Part shown: positions 25,260-29,656 of the stretch, in pieces | Position numbering within the stretch: the first letter of the stretch is position 1 | Layout: every line of letters starts with the position of its first letter | DNA from: a virus | Taxonomy: Duplodnaviria > Heunggongvirae > Uroviricota > Caudoviricetes | Virus record (IMG/VR): IMGVR_UViG_2529293215_000019 | DNA length: 29,656 nt | Strand: one strand, 5' to 3' | Program-made: the position numbers and the translations under genes | The notes under the pieces: generated by a model | Seen by the model: the letters and a program-made list of their open reading frames with translations, nothing else | Databases searched by the model: none | Told to the model about the DNA's origin: nothing

Positions 25260-27699
25260 CAATGTAAAATTACAGGTATTGCTCAGGGCTGTTGACCAGG
25301 CATCCCGCCCGTTTAAATCCATCCGTACAGCGAGCAAGTCGCTGTCGGGGGATATCCGGGACACACAAAAATCACTGCGCGAGCTGAACGGTCAGGCATC
25401 CCGTATTGAGGGATTTCGCAAGACCAGTGCACAGCTCGCCGTGACTGGTCAGGAACTGAAAAAAGCCAGACAGGAAGCCGCAGCTCTGGCTGTCCAGTTT
25501 AAAAATACTGAACGACCGACAAATGCACAGGCAAAGGCAATGGAAGCCGCGCGTAAAAATGCGTCTGAGTTACAGGCGAAATATAACAGCCTGAGATTGT
25601 CGGTACAGCGCCAGCGTCAGGAATTGAGTCAGGCGGGTATTAATACCCGTAATCTGGCGCATGATGAACGAGGGCTGAAAAACCGTATCAGTGAAACCAC
25701 CGCCCAGCTTAACCGTCAGCGTGACGCGCTGGCGCGTGTCAGTGCACAACAGGCAAAACTTAACGCAGTCAAACAGCGTTATCAGGCAGGAAAGGAACTG
25801 GCCGGAAATATGGCCTCAGTAGGCGCTGCCGGTGTGGGGATTGCGGCGGCGGGAACGATGGCCGGAGTTAAGTTGCTGATGCCCGGTTATGAGTTTGCGC
25901 AGAAAAACTCAGAATTGCAGGCCGTGCTCGGAGTGGCAAAAGACTCCGCCGAAATGACCGCACTACGCAAACAGGCGCGCCAGCTCGGCGACAATACCGC
26001 CGCCTCGGCGGATGATGCGGCCGGTGCACAGATAATCATCGCGAAAGCGGGTGGGGATGTTGATGCCATTCAGGCGGCAACGCCGGTCACGCTGAATATG
26101 GCGCTGGCGAACCGCCGCACGATGGAAGAAAACGCCGCCCTGCTGATGGGGATGAAATCCGCCTTTCAGCTTTCAAACGATAAGGTCGCTCATATCGGGG
26201 ATGTTCTCTCCATGACGATGAACAAAACCGCCGCCGATTTTGACGGCATGAGCGATGCGCTGACCTATGCCGCACCTGTGGCAAAAAATGCCGGTGTCAG
26301 CATTGAAGAAACCGCCGCAATGGTCGGGGCGCTGCATGATGCAAAAATCACAGGCTCAATGGCGGGGACGGGAAGCCGTGCCGTGTTAAGCCGCCTGCAG
26401 GCACCGACGGGAAAAGCGTGGGATGCACTGAAAGAGCTTGGTGTGAAAACCTCAGACAGCAAGGGAAACACCCGACCAGTATTTACCATTCTGAAAGAAA
26501 TGCAGGCCAGTTTTGAGAAAAACCGGCTCGGTACTGCCCAGCAGGCCGAATACATGAAAACCATTTTCGGGGAGGAGGCCAGCTCAGCCGCCGCTGTGCT
26601 GATGACTGCCGCGTCAACCGGAAAGCTGGACAAACTGACCGCTGCGTTTAAAGCCTCAGACGGAAAGACCGCAGAACTGGTAAATATCATGCAGGACAAC
26701 CTCGGCGGTGACTTTAAGGAGTTTCAGTCCGCTTATGAGGCGGTGGGGACTGACCTGTTTGACCAGCAGGAAGGCGCACTGCGTAAGCTCACTCAGACGG
26801 CCACAAAGTATGTGTTAAAACTCGACGGCTGGATCCAGAAAAACAAATCACTGGCGTCAACCATCGGCCTCATTGTCGGTGGCGCGCTGGCGCTTATTGG
26901 CATCATCGGTGCCATTGGTCTTGTAGCCTGGCCGGTTATCACCGGCATCAATGCCATTATCGCGGCAGCAGGCGCAATGGGGGCAATCTTCACGACGGTT
27001 AGCAGTGCTGTTATGACGGCCATCGGGGCGATTAGCTGGCCGGTTGTGGCCGTGGTGGCCGCCATTGTCGCCGGGGCGTTGCTTATCCGTAAATACTGGG
27101 AGCCTGTCAGCGCATTCTTTGGCGGTGTGGTTGAAGGGCTGAAAGCGGCATTTGCGCCGGTGGGGGAACTGTTCACGCCACTGAAGCCGGTGTTTGACTG
27201 GCTGGGTGAAAAGTTACAGGCCGCGTGGCAGTGGTTTAAAAACCTGATTGCCCCGGTCAAAGCCACCCAGGACACCCTGAACCGTTGCCGTGACACGGGC
27301 GTCATGTTCGGGCAGGCACTGGCTGACGCGCTGATGCTGCCGCTTAATGCGTTCAACAAACTGCGCAGTGGTATTGACTGGGTACTGGAAAAACTCGGTG
27401 TTATCAACAAAGAGTCAGACACACTTGACCAGACCGCCGCCAGAACTCAAGCCGCCACGTATGGCAGCGGTGGTTATATTCCGGCGACCAGCTCTTATGC
27501 AGGCTATCAGGCTTATCAGCCGGTCACGGCACCGGCTGGCCGCTCTTATGTAGACCAGAGTAAAAACGAATATCACATCAGCCTGACGGGTGGTACTGCG
27601 CCGGGGACACAGCTTGACCGCCAGTTACAGGATGCGCTCGAAAAATACGAGCGGGATAAACGTGCGCGCGCCCGTGCCAGCATGATGCATGACGGTTAA
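25252..27699 (+). CDS. T: tail tape measure protein (P2 gpT-like)
   Basis: 815 aa, the length of P2 gpT; Ala/Gln-rich coiled-coil N-terminal half and hydrophobic Gly/Ala-rich segments. Confidence 0.9.
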   Translation: MSNNVKLQVLLRAVDQASRPFKSIRTASKSLSGDIRDTQKSLRELNGQASRIEGFRKTSAQLAVTGQELKKARQEAAALAVQFKNTERPTNAQAKAMEAARKNASELQAKYNSLRLSVQRQRQELSQAGINTRNLAHDERGLKNRISETTAQLNRQRDALARVSAQQAKLNAVKQRYQAGKELAGNMASVGAAGVGIAAAGTMAGVKLLMPGYEFAQKNSELQAVLGVAKDSAEMTALRKQARQLGDNTAASADDAAGAQIIIAKAGGDVDAIQAATPVTLNMALANRRTMEENAALLMGMKSAFQLSNDKVAHIGDVLSMTMNKTAADFDGMSDALTYAAPVAKNAGVSIEETAAMVGALHDAKITGSMAGTGSRAVLSRLQAPTGKAWDALKELGVKTSDSKGNTRPVFTILKEMQASFEKNRLGTAQQAEYMKTIFGEEASSAAAVLMTAASTGKLDKLTAAFKASDGKTAELVNIMQDNLGGDFKEFQSAYEAVGTDLFDQQEGALRKLTQTATKYVLKLDGWIQKNKSLASTIGLIVGGALALIGIIGAIGLVAWPVITGINAIIAAAGAMGAIFTTVSSAVMTAIGAISWPVVAVVAAIVAGALLIRKYWEPVSAFFGGVVEGLKAAFAPVGELFTPLKPVFDWLGEKLQAAWQWFKNLIAPVKATQDTLNRCRDTGVMFGQALADALMLPLNAFNKLRSGIDWVLEKLGVINKESDTLDQTAARTQAATYGSGGYIPATSSYAGYQAYQPVTAPAGRSYVDQSKNEYHISLTGGTAPGTQLDRQLQDALEKYERDKRARARASMMHDG

Positions 27700-27713
27700 G
27701 GAGGTGACGAAAA

Positions 27714-28193
27714 ATGATGCTCGCGTTAGGTATGTTTGTTTTTATGCGCCAGACGCTGCCACACCAGACCATGCAGCGTGAATCAGATTATCGCTGGCCG
27801 TCAAATTCCCGTATAGGTAAACGGGATGCCTACCAGTTTCTCGGTGTGGGTGAGGAAAACATCACGCTTGCCGGTGTGCTTTATCCCGAACTGACCGGCG
27901 GCAAGCTGACGATGACCACGCTCAGGCTGATGGCCGAGGAAGGCCGGGCGTGGCCGTTGCTGGATGGCACCGGCATGATTTACGGCATGTATGTCATCAG
28001 CAGGGTGAGTGAAACAGGGAGTATTTTCTTTGCAGACGGCACACCCCGGAAAATTGATTTTACGCTGTCGCTCACCCGCGTTGATGAATCACTGGCCGCG
28101 CTTTATGGCGATATCGGTAAACAGGCGGAATCGCTCATCGGTAAGGCTGGCAGTATGGCGACTAAATTCACGGGTATGACGGGGGCGGGATAA
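27714..28193 (+). CDS. U: tail protein (P2 gpU-like)
   Basis: 159 aa, the length of P2 gpU; GGAGGTGA SD. Confidence 0.85.
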   Translation: MMLALGMFVFMRQTLPHQTMQRESDYRWPSNSRIGKRDAYQFLGVGEENITLAGVLYPELTGGKLTMTTLRLMAEEGRAWPLLDGTGMIYGMYVISRVSETGSIFFADGTPRKIDFTLSLTRVDESLAALYGDIGKQAESLIGKAGSMATKFTGMTGAG

Positions 28194-29356
28194 TGCTGGA
28201 TGCACTGACATTTGATGCAGGCAGTACGCTGACGCCGGATTACATGCTGATGCTCGACAGCAGGGATATTACCGGCAATATCAGCGACCGTCTGATGAGC
28301 ATGACCCTGACGGATAACCGGGGCTTTGAGGCTGACCAGCTTGATATTGAACTGGACGATGCCGACGGGCAGGTCGGGCTGCCGGTTCGTGGCGCTGTCC
28401 TGACGGTGTATATCGGCTGGAAAGGTTTTGCCCTGGTATGCAAAGGGAAATTTACCGTTGATGAGGTTGAACACCGGGGCGCACCGGATGTGGTCACCAT
28501 CCGCGCCCGGAGTGCAGATTTTCGCGGGACGCTCAATTCCCGCCGGGAAGGCTCATGGCATGACACCACGCTCGGTGCGATTGTTGAGGCGATAGCCTCC
28601 CGTAACAGGCTGGAAGCCAGTGTCGCTCCGTCACTGGCCAGAATTAAAATTCCGCACATCGACCAGTCGCAGGAGTCTGATGCAAAATTCCTGACCCGCC
28701 TTGCAGAACGCAACGGCGGTGAGGTGTCGGTAAAAATGGGAAAACTGTTGTTTCTCAAAGCGGGGCAGGGGGTGACGGCCAGCGGTAAAAAAATCCCGCA
28801 GATTACCATCACCCGCAGTGACGGCGACCGCCATCATTTTGCGATTGCTGACCGTGGAGCCTATACCGGCGTAACGGCAAAGTGGCTTCACACCAAAGAC
28901 CCGAAGCCGCAAAAGCAGAAGGTAAAACTGAAACGCAAAAAGAAAGAGAAACACCTGCGCGCACTGGAGCACCCGAAAGCGAAACCGGTCACGCAGAAGA
29001 AAGCGCCAAAAGTACCGGAAGCGCGCGAAGGTGAATACATGGCCGGTGAGGCTGACAACGTTTTTGCCCTGACCACGGTATATGCCACGAAAGCGCAGGC
29101 CATGCGCGCCGCTCAGGCGAAGTGGGATAAGCTGCAACGGGGCGTGGCGGAGTTCTCCATCAGCCTGGCTACCGGTCGGGCAGATATTTACACGGAAACG
29201 CCAGCCAGAGTGTCTGGCTTTAAGCGCGTCATAGACGAGCAGGACTGGACAATCACTAAGGTGACACATTTTCTGAATAATAGCGGCTTCACGACGTCCT
29301 TGGAGCTTGAGGTCAGGCTTTCTGATGTGGAGTATGAAACAGAATATGATGAGTGA
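28193..29356 (+). CDS. D: tail protein / late control protein D (P2 gpD-like)
   Basis: 387 aa, the length of P2 gpD; ATG overlaps the U stop (TAATG). Confidence 0.85.
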   Translation: MLDALTFDAGSTLTPDYMLMLDSRDITGNISDRLMSMTLTDNRGFEADQLDIELDDADGQVGLPVRGAVLTVYIGWKGFALVCKGKFTVDEVEHRGAPDVVTIRARSADFRGTLNSRREGSWHDTTLGAIVEAIASRNRLEASVAPSLARIKIPHIDQSQESDAKFLTRLAERNGGEVSVKMGKLLFLKAGQGVTASGKKIPQITITRSDGDRHHFAIADRGAYTGVTAKWLHTKDPKPQKQKVKLKRKKKEKHLRALEHPKAKPVTQKKAPKVPEAREGEYMAGEADNVFALTTVYATKAQAMRAAQAKWDKLQRGVAEFSISLATGRADIYTETPARVSGFKRVIDEQDWTITKVTHFLNNSGFTTSLELEVRLSDVEYETEYDE

Positions 29357-29360
29357 TGTT

Positions 29361-29383
29361 TTTGTTTTATCTGTTTGTTTTAT
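29361..29383 (+). repeat. tandem direct repeat TTTGTTTTAT x2 in the ogr upstream region (candidate promoter or operator element)
   Basis: TTTGTTTTAT at 29361-29370 and 29374-29383, separated by CTG; TATAAG (29381-29386) could be a -10 element. Confidence 0.4.
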
Positions 29384-29437
29384 AAGGATAAATTAACTAA
29401 AATGGCACCATCAACAAAACCGGAAGAGGTGCTCGCG

Positions 29438-29656
29438 ATGTTTCATTGTCCTTTATGCCAGCATGCCGCACATGCGCGTACAAGCCGCTATATCACTGAC
29501 ACGACAAAAGAGCGTTATCACCAGTGTCAGAACGTGAATTGCAGCGCCACGTTCATCACTTATGAGTCGGTACAGCGATACATCGTGAAGCCGGGAGAAG
29601 TCCACGCCGTAAGACCGCACCCGTTGCCGTCAGGGCAGCAAATTATGTGGATGTAA
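29438..29656 (+). CDS. ogr: late gene transcriptional activator, zinc-finger protein (P2 Ogr-like)
   Basis: 72 aa from the first ATG (29438; GGAAGAGGTG SD); Cys4 zinc finger CPLCQ...CQNVNC; to my recollection essentially identical to P2 Ogr; last gene before the expected attR. Confidence 0.85.
   Translation: MFHCPLCQHAAHARTSRYITDTTKERYHQCQNVNCSATFITYESVQRYIVKPGEVHAVRPHPLPSGQQIMWM

Noticed and set aside
26793-27422. 209-aa minus-strand ORF antisense to tape measure gene T
   Set aside because: Antisense to a conserved gene; Ala/Ser/Thr/Pro-rich low-complexity translation arising from the Ala-rich sense frame.
28631-29269. 212-aa minus-strand ORF antisense to gene D
   Set aside because: Antisense within a conserved gene, with no independent support.
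1-29656. CRISPR arrays, tRNA or rRNA genes, and IS elements
   Set aside because: No regularly spaced direct repeats, no cloverleaf-like tRNA candidates and no transposase-like ORFs were seen; the P2-family attachment site is not tRNA-associated to my knowledge and lies outside the window anyway.

Overview
This window is almost an entire P2-like (Peduovirus-type) prophage of an enterobacterial host, running from the integrase stop codon (position 1) to the late activator ogr (window end); attL and attR lie just outside. Gene order and product lengths are colinear with phage P2: int, C, cox, orf78, B, orf80-83, A, then cos, Q and P on the minus strand, O-N-M-L-X-Y-K-lysA-lysB-lysC-R-S, V-W-J-I-H, FI-FII-E(E')-T-U-D, ogr. 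All calls rest on reading the ORF translations and remembered P2 gene order and lengths; no database search was run. Two regions break P2 colinearity. (1) Between replication gene A and cos, where P2 carries orf91/tin/old, sits a single strongly AT-rich 610-aa ORF (6015..7847) with its own sigma70-like promoter and a C-terminal R-x4-H (HEPN-like) motif; this is the best candidate for a previously undescribed anti-phage defence or abortive-infection gene. (2) The tail-fibre region carries a Mu G-segment-like invertible cassette (about 1.58 kb, bounded by perfect 34-bp inverted repeats) with two alternative fibre C-termini, two convergent tail-fibre-assembly genes and an adjacent Gin/Cin/Pin-family serine invertase, occupying the position of P2 Z/fun. 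Conserved P2 features seen directly include the 19-nt cos sequence, the E/E' slippery site T6G and lysC embedded in lysB/R.
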